The position numbers were made by a program, and so were the translations under genes. The notes beneath the pieces were generated by a model that had not been told where the DNA came from, did no database searches, and saw only the letters and a list, made by a program, of their open reading frames with translations. Shown here piece after piece: positions 15,700 through 29,500 of a stretch of DNA of 64,000 nt (within the stretch, counting starts at the first letter, position 1; each line of letters opens with the position of its first letter). Origin of the DNA: the human T2T-CHM13v2.0 reference genome, Homo sapiens; assembly GCF_009914755.1 (NCBI RefSeq), contig NC_060933.1. One strand, written 5' to 3'.

Positions 15700-15830
15700 T
15701 GATTCCATTCCATTGCATTCCATTCCATTCGATTCCATTCGATTGCACTCGGGTTGATTCCATTCCATTGCATTCCATTCCATTCGATTCCATTCGATTG
15801 CACTCGGGTTGATTCCATTCCATTGCATTC
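15700..15830 (+). repeat. 55-bp local tandem duplication
   Basis: gattgcactcgggttg at 15,741 and 15,796, each preceded by cgattccattc. Confidence 0.85.
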
Positions 15831-18800
15831 CATTCCATTCCATTCAATTCCATTCCGTTCCATTCCATTCCATTACATTCGAATTGATTCTATTCAACTC
15901 CCTTACTCTCCATTATATTCGATTCCATTCGGGTTGTTCCATTCCATTCCATTCCATTCCACTCCATTCCATTGCACTCGGGTTGATTCCATTCCATTCC
16001 ATTCCATTCCATTCCGGAAGATTCCATTCCATTGCATTCCATTACATTCCATTCCCCTGCACTCGTGTTGATTCCATTCCATTCCATTCCATTCCATTCC
16101 ATTCCGTTCCATTCCATTCCATTGCATTCCATTCCGTTCCGTTCCATTCCATTCCATTCCATTCTATTCGGGTTAATTCCATTCCATTCCATTCTATTGC
16201 AATCGTGTTGATTCCATTCCATTCCATTCCATTCCATTCCATTCCATTCCATTCCTTTGCATTCCATTACGGATGATTCCATTCCATTGCATTCCATTCC
16301 ATTCCATTCTCCTGTACTCGGGTTGATTCCATTCCATTGCATTCCAATCCATGCCCTTCCACTCGTGTTGATTCCATTCTTTCCATTCCATTCAAGTTGA
16401 ATCCATTCCATTGCATTCCATTCCATTCGATTCCATTCGATTGCACTCAGGTTGATTCCATTCCATTGCATTCCATTCCATTCAATTCCATTCCATTCCA
16501 TTCCATTCCGTTCCATTCCATTCCATTACATTCGGATTGATTCTATTCAATTCCCTTACACTCCATTACATTCCATTCCATTCGGGTAGTTTCCATTCCA
16601 TTCCATTCTATTCCTCTCCATTCCATTACACTCGGGTTGATTCCATTCCATTGCATTCCATTCCATTCCATTCAATTCCATTCCGTTCAATTCCATTCCA
16701 TTACATTCGGATTGATTCTATTCAACTCCCTTGCTCTCCGTTACATTCCATTCCATTCGGGTTGTTCCATTCCATTCCATTCCATTCCACTCCATTCCAT
16801 TGCACTCGGGTTTGTTCCATTCCATTCCATTCTGGAAGATTCCATTCCATTGCATTCCATTCCATTCCATTCCAATGCACTCGCGTTGATTCCATTCCAT
16901 TCCATTCCATTCCATTCCATTCCATTCCTTTCCATTCCATTACGGATGATTCCATTCCATTGCATTCCATTCCATTCCATTCCCCTGTACTCGGGTTGAT
17001 TCCATTCCATTCCATTCCAATCCATGCCATTCCACTCGTGTTGATTCCATTCTTTCCATTCCATTCAAGTTGAATCCATTCCATTGCATTCCATTCCATT
17101 CGATTACATTCGATTGCACTCGGGTTGATTCCATTCCATTGCATTCCATTCCATTCCATTCCATTCCGTTCCATTCCATTCCATTACATTCGAATTGATT
17201 CTATTCAATTCCCTTACACTTCATTACATTCCATTCCATTCGGGTAGTTTCCATTCCATTCCATTCCATTCCTCTCCATTCCATTGCACTCGGGTTGATT
17301 CCATTCCATTCCATTCCATTCCATTCCATTGCATTCTATTCCATTCCATTCCATTCCATTGTACTCGGGTTGATTCCATTCCATTGCATTCCATTCCATT
17401 CCATTCCGTTCCATTCCATTCCATTACATTCGGGTTGATTCTATTCAACTCCCTTACTCTCCATTACTTTCCATTCCATTCGTGTTGTTCCATTCCATTC
17501 CATTCCCTTCCTCCCCATTCCATTGCACTCGGGTTGATTCCATTCCATTCCATTCCATTCCATCCCGGATGATTCCATTCCATTGCATTCCGTTCCATTA
17601 CATTCCCCTGCACTCGGGTTGATTCCATTCCATTCCATTCCATTCCATACCATTCCATTCGATTCCATTCCATTCCAAATCTTTCCATTCCATTCTATTC
17701 CGCACCATTCCATTCCATTCCATACAATTCCATTCCATTCCATTCCATTCCATTCCATTCCGTTCCGTTCTGTTCCGTTCCGTTCCGTTCCATTCCATTC
17801 CATTCCATTCTATTCGGGTTAATTCCATTCCATTCCATTCCATTTCATTCCATTCTATTCCATTCCATTGCAATCGAGTTGAATCCATTGCATTCCATTC
17901 CATTCCATTCCATTCCATTCCGGAAGATTCCATTCCATTGCATTCCATTCCATTCCATTCCCCTGCACTCGCGTTGATTCCATTCCATTCCATTCCATTC
18001 CATTCCATTCCATTCCTTTCCGTTCCATTCCATTCCATTCCATTCCATTCAATTCTGTTCCGTTCCATTCCATTCCATTCCATTCTATTCGGGTTAATTC
18101 CATTCCATTCCATTCGATTACAATCGAGTTGATTCCATTCCATTCCATTCCATTCCATTCCATTCCATTCCATTCCTTTCCATTCCATTACGTATGATTC
18201 CATTCCATTGCATTCCATTCCATTCCATTCCCCTGCACTCGGGTTGATTCCATTCCATTCCACTCCTTTCTTTCCGTTCCATTCCATTCCATTCCATTCC
18301 TTTCTATTCGTGTTAATTCCATTCCATTATATTCCATTCCATTCCATTGAAATCGAGTTGATTCCATTCCATTCCATTCCATTCCATTCCATTCCATTCC
18401 ATTCCATTCCGGATGATTCCATTCCATCGCATTCCATTCGATTCCATTCCCCTGCACTCGGGTTGATTCCATTCCATTCCATTACATTCCGTTCCACTCC
18501 ATTCCATTCCATTCTATTCGGGTTAATTCCATTCCATTCCATTCCATTGCATTCCATTCCATTCCATTCCATTGCAATAGAGTTGATTCCATTCCATTCC
18601 ATTCCATTCCATTCCATTCCAATCGATTTGATTCCATTCCATTCCATTCCATTCCACTCCATTCCAGTCCTTTCCATTCCATTCCACTCGGGTTGATTCC
18701 ATTCTATTCCTTTCCATTCCATTCCATTCCATTGCAATCGAGTTGATTCCTTTCGAGTTGAATCCATTCCATTCCGTTCCATTCCATTACGTTGCACACG

Positions 18801-20360
18801 GGTTCATTCCATTCCATTCCATTCCATTCCATTTCATTCCATTCCATTCTATTCCGTACCATTCCATTCCATCCCATTCCATTCCATTCCATTCCATGCC
18901 ATTACACTCGGGTTGATTCCATTCCTTTCCATTCCATTCTTTTTTAATCCATTCCATTCCATTCTATTCGATTCCATTCCTTTGCACTCGGGTTGATTCC
19001 ATTCCATTCCATTCCATTCGATTTCATTCCATTGTATTCCATTACATTCGGATTGATTCTATTCAATTCCCTTACACTCCATTACATTCCATTCCATTCG
19101 GGATGTTTCCATTCCATTCCATTCCATTCCACTCCATTCCATTGCATCGGGTTGATTCCATTCCATTCCACTCCATTCCATTCCATTCCATTCCATTCCA
19201 TTCCATTCGATTCCGGATGATTCCATTCCATTGCATTCCATTCCATTCCATTCCCCTGCACTCGGGTTGATTACATTCCATTCCCTCCCCTTCCATTCCT
19301 TTCCATTCCATTCCATTCCATTCTATTCGGGTGAATTCCATTCCATTCCATTCCATTCCATTCCATTCCATTTCATTCCATTCCATTCCATTGCAATCGA
19401 GTTGATTCCATTCCATTCCATTCCATTCCGTTCCAGATGATTCCATTTCATTGCATTCCATTCCATTCCATTCCCCTGCACTCGGGTTGATTCCTTTCCA
19501 TTCCATTCCATTCCATTCTATTCGGGTTAATTCCATTCCATTCCATTCCATTCCATTCCAATCGAGTTGATTCCATTCCATTCCATTCCATTCCACTCCA
19601 TTCCAGTCCTTTCCATTCCATTCCACTCGGGTTGATTCCATTCTATTCCTTTCCATTCCATTCCATTGCAATCGAGTTGATTCCATTGCATTGCATTCCA
19701 TTCCATTCCATTCCATTCCGGATGATTCCATTCCATTGCATTCCATTCCATTCCATTCCCCTGCACTCGGGTTGATTCCATTCCATTCCCCTCCATTCCG
19801 TTCCATTGCATTCCATTCCATTGTATTCGGGTTAATTCCATTCCATTCCATTCCATTCCATTCCATTCCATTCCATTACAATCGAGTTGATTCCATTCCA
19901 TTCCATTCCATTCCATTCCATTCCATTCCATTCCTTTGCATTCCATTCCACTCGGGTTGATTCCATTCTATTAGTTTCCATTCCATTCCATTCCCTTCCA
20001 TTCCACTCTGGTTGATTCCACTCCTTTCCATTCCACTCGAATACATTCCCTCCTAATCCACTCGGAACAATTCCATTCCATTCCATTCCATTCCATTCCA
20101 TTCCATTTCGTTCCATTCCATTCTATTCCGTACCATTCCATTCCATTCCATTCCATTCCATTCCATTCCATTCCATTCCATTCCACTCGTGTTGATTCCA
20201 TTCCTTTCCATTCCATTCGGTTTGAAGCCATTCCATTCAATTCCATTCCATTCCATTCCATTCCATTCCATTTCATTCCATTGTACTCGGGTTGATTCCA
20301 TTCCATTGCATTCCATTCCATTCCATTCAATTCCATTCCGTTCCATTCCATTCCATTACA

Positions 20361-20460
20361 TTCGGATTGATTTTATTCAACTGCCTTACTTTCAGTTACA
20401 TTCCATTCCATTCGGATTGATTGTATTCAACTCCCTTACTCTCCATTACATTCCATTCCA
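20361..20460 (+). repeat. 50-bp tandem duplication with a heavily diverged first copy
   Basis: ttcggattga at 20,361 and 20,411. The first copy reads ttttattcaactgccttactttcagttaca against the usual ttctattcaactcccttactctccattaca. Confidence 0.8.
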
Positions 20461-20618
20461 TTTGGGTTGTTCCATTCCATTCCATTCCATTCCACTCCAT
20501 TCCATTCCATTCTATTCGGATTAATTCCATTCCATTCCATTCCATTCCATTCTATTCCATTCCATTGCAATCGAGTTGAATCCATTGCATTTCCTTCCAT
20601 TCCATTCCATTCCATTCC

Positions 20619-20633
20619 ATTCCAGAAGATTCC
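20619..20633. promoter_or_regulatory. Perfect 3-unit heat-shock element, CpG-decayed form
   Basis: aTTCc-aGAAg-aTTCc. Confidence 0.55.
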
Positions 20634-21687
20634 ATTCCATTGCATTCCATTCCATTCCATTCCCCTGCACTCGCGTTGATTCCATTCCATTGCAATCCAT
20701 TCCATTCCACTCCGTTCCGTTCCGTTCCATTCCATTCCATTCCATTCCGTTCCGTTCCGTTCCATTCCATTCCATTCCATTCTATTCGGGTTAATTCCAT
20801 TCCATTCCATTCGATTGCAATCGAGTTGATTCCATTCCATTCCATTCCATTCCATTCCTTTCCATTCCATTACGGATGATTCCATTCCATTGCATTCCAT
20901 TCCATTCCATTCCCGTGTACTCGGGTTGATTCCCTTCCATTCCATTCCAATCCATGCCATTCCACTCGTGTTGATTCCATTCTTTCCATTCCATTCAAGT
21001 TGAATCCATTCCATTGCATTCCATTCCATTCGATTCCATTCGATTGCACTCGGGTTGATTCCATTCCATTGCATTCCATTCCATTCCATTCCATTCCATT
21101 CCATTCCATTACATTCGTATTGATTCTATTCAATTCCCTTACACTCCATTACATTCCATTCCATTCGGGTAGTTTCCATTCCATTCCATTCCATTCCTCT
21201 CCATTCCATTGCACTCGGGTTGATTCCATTCCATTGCATTCCATTCCATTCCATTCCTTTCCATTCCATTCCTTTACATTCGGATTGATTCTATTCAACT
21301 CCCTTACTCTCCATTACATTCCATTCCATTTGGGTTGTTCCATTCCATTCCATTCCATTCCACTCCATTCCATTGCACTCGGGTTGATTCCATTCCATTC
21401 CATTCCATTCCATTCCATTCCATTCCGGAAGATTCCATTCCATTGCATTCCATTCCATTCCATTCCCCTGCACTCGCGTTCATTCCATTCCATTCCATTC
21501 TATTCCATTCCATTCCCTTCCTTTCCGTTCCATTCCATTCCATTCCATTCCATTCCATTCCATTCCATTCCGTTCCGTTCCATTCCATTCCATTCCATTC
21601 TATTCGGGTTAATTCCATTCCATTCCATTCGATTGCAATCGAGTTGATTCCATTCCATTCCATTCCATTCCATTCCATTCCATTCCT

Positions 21688-21715
21688 TTCCATTCCATTA
21701 CGGAATGGAATGGAA
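21688..21715. other. Strand-switch junction J1 (CATTC to GGAAT) with 12-bp inverted arms around ACGG
   Basis: ttccattccatt-acgg-aatggaatggaa. The forward word cattacgga(tgattcc) is truncated after GGA and continues as ggaatggaat. Confidence 0.95.
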
Positions 21716-24700
21716 TGGAATGGTATGGAATGGAATGGAATGGTACGGAATAGAATGGAATGGAACGAATTGTAATGGAATGGAATTGAATGGAATGGAA
21801 TAGAATCAACGCGAGTGCAGGGGAATGTAATGGAACGGAATGCAATGGAATGGAATCATCCGGAATGGAATGGAATGGAATGGAATGGAATGGAATGGAA
21901 TGGAATCAACCCGAGTGCAATGGAATGGAGTGGAATGGAATGGAATGGAATGGAACAACCCGAATGGAGTGGAATGTAATGGAGAGTAAGGGAGTTGAAT
22001 AGAATCAATCCGAATGTAATGGAATGGAATGCAACGGAATGGAATGGAATGGAATGGAATGGAAAGCAATGGAATTGAATCAACCCGTGTACAATGGAAT
22101 GGAATGGAATGGAATTTAATGGAATGGAATGGAATGATACGGAATAGAATGGAATGGAACGAAATGGAATGGAATGGAATGGAATGGAATGGAATGGAAT
22201 GGAATGAAATGGAATCGTTCCGAGTGGAATAGGAGGGAATGTGTTCGAGTGGAATGGAAAGGAATGGTATCAACCAGAGTGGAATGGAAGGGAATGGAAT
22301 GGAATGGAAACTAATAGAATGGAATCAACCCGAGGGGAATGGAATGGAAAGGACTGGAATGGAATGGAATGGAATGGAATCAACTCGATTGTAATGGAAT
22401 GGAATGGAATGGAATGGAATTAACCCGAATACAATGGAATGGAATGGAATGGAACGGAATGGAGTGGAATGGAATGGAATCAACCCGAGTGCAGGGGAAT
22501 GGAATGGAATGGAATGCAATGGAATGGAATCATCCGGAATGGAATGGAATGAAATTGAATGCAAAGCAATGGAATCAACTCGATTGCAATGGAATGGAAT
22601 GGAATGGAAAGGAATACATTGGAATCAACGCGAGTGGAATGGAATGGAAAGGACTGGAATGGAGTGGAATGGAATGGAATGGAATGGAATGGAATGGAGT
22701 CAACTCGATTGGAATGGAATGGAATGGAATGGAATGGAATTAACCCGAATAGAATGGAATGGAATGGAATGGAACGGAACGGAATGGAATGGAATGGAAT
22801 GGAATCAACCCGACTGCAGGGTAATTTAATGGAATGGAATGCAATGGAATGGATTCAACTTGAATGGAATGGAAAGAATGGAATCAACACGAGTGGAATG
22901 GCATGGATTGGAATGGAATGGAATGGAATCAACCCGAGTACAGGGGAATGGAATGGAATGGAATGCAATGGAATGGAATCATCCGTAATGGAATGGAAAG
23001 GAATGGAATGGAATGGAATAGAATGGAATGGAATCAACTCGATTGCAATCGAATGGAATGGAATGGAATTAACCCGAATAGAATGGAATGGAATGGAATG
23101 GAACGGAACGGAACGGAATGGAATGGATTGGAATGGAATGGAATGGAATGGAATGGAACGGAACGGAACGGAATGGATGGAATGGAATGGAATGGAATGG
23201 AATGGAATGAACGCGAGTGCAGGGGAATGGAATGGAATGGAATGCAATGGAATGGAATCTTCCGGAATGGAATGGAATGGAATGGAATGGAATGGAATGA
23301 AATGCAATTGATTCAACTCGATTGCAATGGAATGGAATAGAATGGAATGGAATGGAACGGAATGGAATGGAATTAACCCGAATAGAATGGAATGGAATGG
23401 AATGGAACGGAATGGAACGGAATGGAATGGAATGGAATGGAATGGAATGGTACGGAATAGAATGGAATGGAACGAATTGTACTGGAATGCAATTGAATGG
23501 AATGGAATGGAATGGAATGGAATCAACGCGAGTGCAGGGGAATGTAATGGAACGGAATGCAATGGAATGGAATCATCCGGAATGGAATGGAATGGAATGG
23601 AATGGAATGGAATCAACCCGAGTGCAATGGAATGGAGTGGAATGGAATGGAATGGAATGGAACAACCCAAATGGAATGGAACGTAATGGAGAGTAAGGGA
23701 GTTCAATAGAATCAATCCGAATGTAATGGAATGGAAAGCAACGGAATGGAATAGAATGGAATGGAATGGAATGGAATGGAATGCAATGGAATGGAATCAA
23801 CCCGAGTACAATGGAATGGAATGGAATGGAATGGAATGGAATGGAATGGAATGCCTTCAAACCGAATGGAATGGAAAGGAATGGAATCAACACGAGTGGA
23901 ATGGAATGGAATGGAATGGAATGGAATGGAATGGAATGATACGGAATAGAATGGAATGGAACGAAATGGAATGGAATGGAATGGAATGGAATGGAATGGA
24001 ATGGAATGGAATCGTTCCGAGTGGAATAGGTGGGAATGTATTCGAGTGGAAAGGAAAGGAATGGAATCAACCAGAGTGGAATGGAAGGGAGTGGAATGGA
24101 ATGGAAACTAATAGAATGGAATCAACCCGAGTGGAATGGAATGGAAAAGACTGGAATGGAAAGGAATGGAATGGAATGGAATGGAATCAACGCGAGTGCA
24201 GGGGAATGGAATGGAATGGAATGGAATGGAATGGAATGGAATGGAATCAACGCGAGTGCAGGGGAATGTAATGGAACGGAATGCAATGGAATGGAATCAT
24301 CCGGAATGGAATGGAATGGAATGGAATGGAATCACCCCGAGTGCAATGGAATGGAGTGGAATGGAATGGAATGGAATGGAACAACCCGACTGGAATGGAA
24401 TGTAATGGAGAGTAAGGGAGTTGAAAAGAATCAATCCGAATGTAATGGAATGGAATGGAACGGAATGGAATGGAATGGAATGGAATGGAATGGAATGCAA
24501 TGGAATGGAATCAACCCGAGTACAATGGAATGGAATGGAATGGAATGGAATGGAATGGAATGGAATGGAATGGAATGCAATGGAATGGAATCTTCCGGAA
24601 TGGAATGGAATGGAATGGAATGGAATGCAATGGATTCAACTCGATTGCAATGGAATGGAATAGAATGGAATGGAATGGAATGGAATGGAATGGAATTAAA

Positions 24701-25639
24701 CCGAATAGAATGGAATGGAATGGAATGGAAAGGAACGGAACGGAACGGAACCGAACGGAGTGGAATGGAATGGAATGGAATTGTATGGAATGGAATGGAA
24801 TGGTACGGAATAGAATGGAATGGAAAGAATTGGAATGGAATGGAATCGAATGGAATGGAATGGAATGGAATGGAATCAACCCGAGTGCAGGGGAATGTAA
24901 TGGAACGGAATGCAATGGAATGGAATCATCCGCAATGGAATGGAATGGAATGGAATGGAATGGTCTCAATCCGAGTGCAATGGAATGGAGTTGAATGGAA
25001 TGGAATGGAACGGAACAACCCGAATGGAGTGGAATGTAATGGAGAGTAAGGGAGTTGAATAGAATCAATCCGAATGTAATGGAATGGAATGGAATGGAAT
25101 GGAATTGAATGGAATGGAATGGAATGCAATGGAATGGAATCAACCCGAGTGCAATGGAATGGAGAGGAATGGAATGGAATGGAATGGAATGGTATGGAAT
25201 GGAATGGAATCAACACGATTGCAATGGAATGGAATGGAATGGAATTAACACGAATAGAATGGAATGGAATGGAACGGAACGGAACGGAATGGAATGGAAT
25301 GGAATGGAATGGAATGGAATGGAATGGAACGGAACGGAATGGAATGGAATGGAATGGAATGGAATCAACGCGAGTGCAGGGGAATGGAATGGAATGGAAA
25401 GCAATGGAATGGAATCTTCCGGAATGGAATGGAATGGAATGGAATGGAATGAAATGCAATGGATTCAACTCGATTGCAATGGAATGTAATAGAATGGGAT
25501 GGAATGGAATGGAATGGAATTAACCCGAATAGAATGGAATGGAATGGAATGGAATGGAATGGAACGGAATGGAAAGGAATGGAATGGAATGGAATGGAAT
25601 GGAATGGAATGGTATGGACTGGAATGGAATGGTACGGAA

Positions 25640-28600
25640 TAGAATGGAATGGAACGAATTGTAATGGAATGGAATTGAATGGAATGGAATGGAATGGAAT
25701 GGAATGGAATCAACGCGAGTGCAGGGGAATGTAATGGAACGGAATGCAATGGAATGGAATCATCTGGAATAGAATGGAACGGCATGGAATGGAACGGAAT
25801 CAACCCGAGTGCAATGGAATGGAGTGGAATGGCATGGAATGGAATGGAACAACCCGAATGGAATGGAATGTAATGGAGAGTAAGGGAGTTGAATAGAATC
25901 AATCCGAATGTAATGGAATGGAATGCAACGGAATGGAATGGAATGGAATGCAATGGAATGGAATGGAATGGAATCCAAAGGAATGGAATCAACCCGAGTG
26001 GAATGGCATGGAATGGAATGCAATGGATTGGAATGGAATGGAATCAACTCGAGTGGAAAGGAATGGAATGGAATGGTAAGGAGTGGAATGAAGTCAACTC
26101 GAGTGGAATGGAATGGAATGGAATGGATTGGAATGGATTGCAATGGAATGAAATGGAATGGAATGGAATGGAATCAATCATTCCGAGTGGAATGGAAGGG
26201 AATGTAATGGAGTGGAAAGAAGGGAATGGAATCAACCCGAGTGGAATGCAAGGCAATTGAATGGAATGGAAAGGAATGGAATGGAATCAACACGATTGCA
26301 GTGGAATGGAATGGAATGGAATGGAATGGAATGGAATGGAATTAACCGGAATAGAATGGAATGGAATGGAATGGAAGGGAATGGAATGAACACGAGTGCA
26401 GGGGAATGGAATGGAATGGAATGCAATGGAATGGAATCATCCGCAATGGAATGGAATGGAATGGAATCAACTCCATTGCAATGGAATGGAATGGAATGGA
26501 ATGGAATAGAATGGAATGGAATTAACCCGAATAGAATGGAAAGCAATAGAATGGAATGCAACGGAACCGAATAGAGTGGAATGGAATGGAATGGAATCAA
26601 CCCGAGTACAGGGGAATGGAATGGAATGGAATGCAATGGAATGGAGTCATCCGTAATGGAATGGAAAGGAATGGAATGGAATGGAATGGAATGGAATGGA
26701 ATGGAATGGAGTCAACTCGATGGCAATCGAATGGAATGGAATGGAATTAACCAGAATAGAATGGAATGGAATGGAATGGAACGGAACGGAATGGAATGGA
26801 ATGGAATGGAATGGAATGGAACGGAACGGAATGGAATGGAATGTAATGGAATGGAATCAAAGCGAGTGCAGGGGAATGGAATGGAATGGAATGTAATGGA
26901 ATGGAATCATCCGGAATGGAATGGAATGGAATGGAATGCAATGAAAGGCAATGGATTCAACTCGATTGCAATGGAATGGAATAGAATGGAATGGAATGGA
27001 ATGGAATGGAATTGAATGGAAAGGAATGCCTTCAAACCGAATGGAATGGAAAGGAATGGAATCAACACGAGTGGAAAGGAATGGAATGGAAAGGAATGGA
27101 ATGGAATGGTACGGAATAGAATGGAATGGAACGAACTGGAATGGAATGGAATGGAATGTAATGGAATGGAATGGAAAGGAATCGTTCCGAGTGGAATAGG
27201 AGGGAATGTATTCGAGTGGAATGGAAAGGAATGGAATCAACCAGAGTGGAATGGAAGGGAATGGAATGGAAAGGAAACTAATAGAATGGAATCAACCCGA
27301 GTGGAATGGAATGGAAAGGACTGGAATGGAATGGAATGGAATGGAATGGAATGGAATGGAATCAACTCGATTGTAATAGAATGGAATGGAATGGAATGGA
27401 ATGGAATGAAATGGAATTAACCCGAATACAATGGAATGGAATGGAATGGAACGGAATGGAGTGGAATGGAATGGAATCAACCCGAGTGCAGGGGAATGGA
27501 ATGGAATGGAATGCAATGGAATGGAATCATCCGGAATGGAATGGAATGGAATGGAATGCAAAGCAATGGAATCAACTCGATTGCAATGGAATGGAATGGA
27601 ATGGAAAGGAATAGAATGGAATCAACCCGAGTGTAATGGAATGGAAAGGACTGGAATGGAGTGGAATGGAATGGAATGGATTGGAATGGAATCAACTCGA
27701 TTGGAATGGAATGGAATGGAATGGAATGGAATGGAATGGAATGGAATTAACCCGAATAGAATTTAAAGGAATGGAATGGAACGGAATGGAATGGAATGGA
27801 ATGGAATGTAATGGACTGGAATCATCCGGAACGGAATAGAATGGAATGGAATGCAATCAACTCGACTGCAATGTAATGGAATGGAATGGAATGGAATCGA
27901 ATGGAATGGAATGGAATTAACCGGAATAGAATGGAATGGAATGGAATGGAACGGAATGGAATGGAATGGAATGGAATGGAATGGAATGGCATCAACCCGA
28001 GTGCAGGGGAATGGAATGGAATCGAATGCAATGGAATGGAATCATCCGGAATGGAATGGAAGCGAATGGAATGCAATCAACCTGATGAAATGGAATGGAG
28101 TGGAATGGAATGGAATGGAATGGAAATATCCCGAATGGAATGAAATGTAATGGAGTGTAAGGGAATTGAATAGAATCAATCCGAATGTAACGGAATGGAA
28201 TGGAATGAAATAGAATGGAATGGAATGGAATGGAATCAACCCGAGGGCAATGGAATGGATTCGAATGGAATGGAATGGAATGGAATGGATTCAACAAGAA
28301 TGGAATGGAAAGGAATGGAATCAACCCGAGTGTAATGGCATGGAATGGAACGGAATGGAATGGGATGGAATGGAATGGTACGGAATAGAATGGAATGGAA
28401 TGAAATGGAATGGAATGGAATGGAATGGAATGGAATGGAATGGAATGGAATGGAATGAAGCCTTGTGCAATGGAATGGAATGGAGTGGAATGGAATGGAT
28501 TCAACTCGAATGGAATCCACTCGATTGCAATGGAATGGAATGGAATTGAAAGGAATAGAATGGAATCAACCCGAGTGGAATGGAATGGAAAGGACTGGAA

Positions 28601-29500
28601 TGGAGTGGAATGGAATGGAATGGAATTAACCCGAATAGAATGAAATGGAACGGAATGGAATGGAATGTAATGGAATGGAATGGAATGGAATCAACCCGAG
28701 TGCAGGGGAATGGAATGGAATGGAATGCAATGGAATGGAATCATCCGGAATGGAATGGAATGGAATGGAATGGAATGGAATGGAATGGAATTGAATGGAA
28801 TGGAATCAACTCGATTTCAATGGAATGGAATGGAATAGAATGGAACGGAATTAACACGAATAGAATGGAATGGAATGGAATGGAATGGAACAGAAAGGAA
28901 TGGAATGGAATGGAATGGAATCAACCCAAGTGCAGGGGAATGGAGTGGAATGGAATTCAATGGAATGGAATCATCCGGAATGGAATGGAATGGAATGGAA
29001 TGGAATGGAATGGAATGGAATGGAATGGAATCAACCTGAGTGCAATGGAATGGAGAGGAATGGAATGGAATGTTATGGAAACTACACGAATGGAATGGAA
29101 TGTATTGGAGTGTACGGGAATTGAATAGAATGAATCCGAATGGAATGGAATGGAATGGAATGGAAAGGAATGGAATGGAATGGAATGGAATGGAATGGAA
29201 TGGAATGGAATGCAATGCCATAGAATCAACCCGAGTGCAATCGAATGGAATCGAATGGAATGGAATGCAATGGAATGGATTCAACTTGAATGGAATGGAA
29301 AGAATGGAATCAACACGAGTGGAATGGCATGGATTGGAATGGAATGGAATGGAATCAACCCGAGTACAGAGGAATGGAATGGAATGGAATGAAATGGAAT
29401 GGAATCATCCATAATGTAATGGAAAGGAATGGAATGGAATGGAATGGAATGGAATGGAATGGAATGGAATGGAATCAACTCGATTGCAATTGAATGGAAT
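25640..29500 (-). repeat. ~3.9 kb long module; other copies at ~33,780-37,030 (truncated) and ~44,720-48,560
   Basis: Same word order in each copy (cgaattgta, gagtaaggg, tgaagtcaac, aaggcaat, ggaaccga, gatggcaat, ccttcaaacc, aactaatag, caaagcaat, caacctgatg, ttcaacaag, aacagaaag, aactacacg, gcaatgcca). ORF pairs 25889/34041/44976 and 27992/36144/47154 agree. Boundaries are approximate. Confidence 0.75.

Larger units (their letters stand above)
1..21701 (+). repeat. HSat3 block 1, C-rich (CATTC) strand on +
   Basis: + strand reads (ccatt)n up to ...cattccattac at 21,701. Confidence 0.97.

Noticed and set aside
21335-21845. Chimeric ORFs changing from HSIPF to MEWNG composition (also at 51,286-51,773)
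   Set aside because: They read through the strand-switch junctions. They are useful only as junction markers.
22491-22500. G-quadruplex potential from GCAGGGG/GGG words
   Set aside because: G3+ tracts are isolated and tens to hundreds of bases apart, so there is no four-tract cluster.
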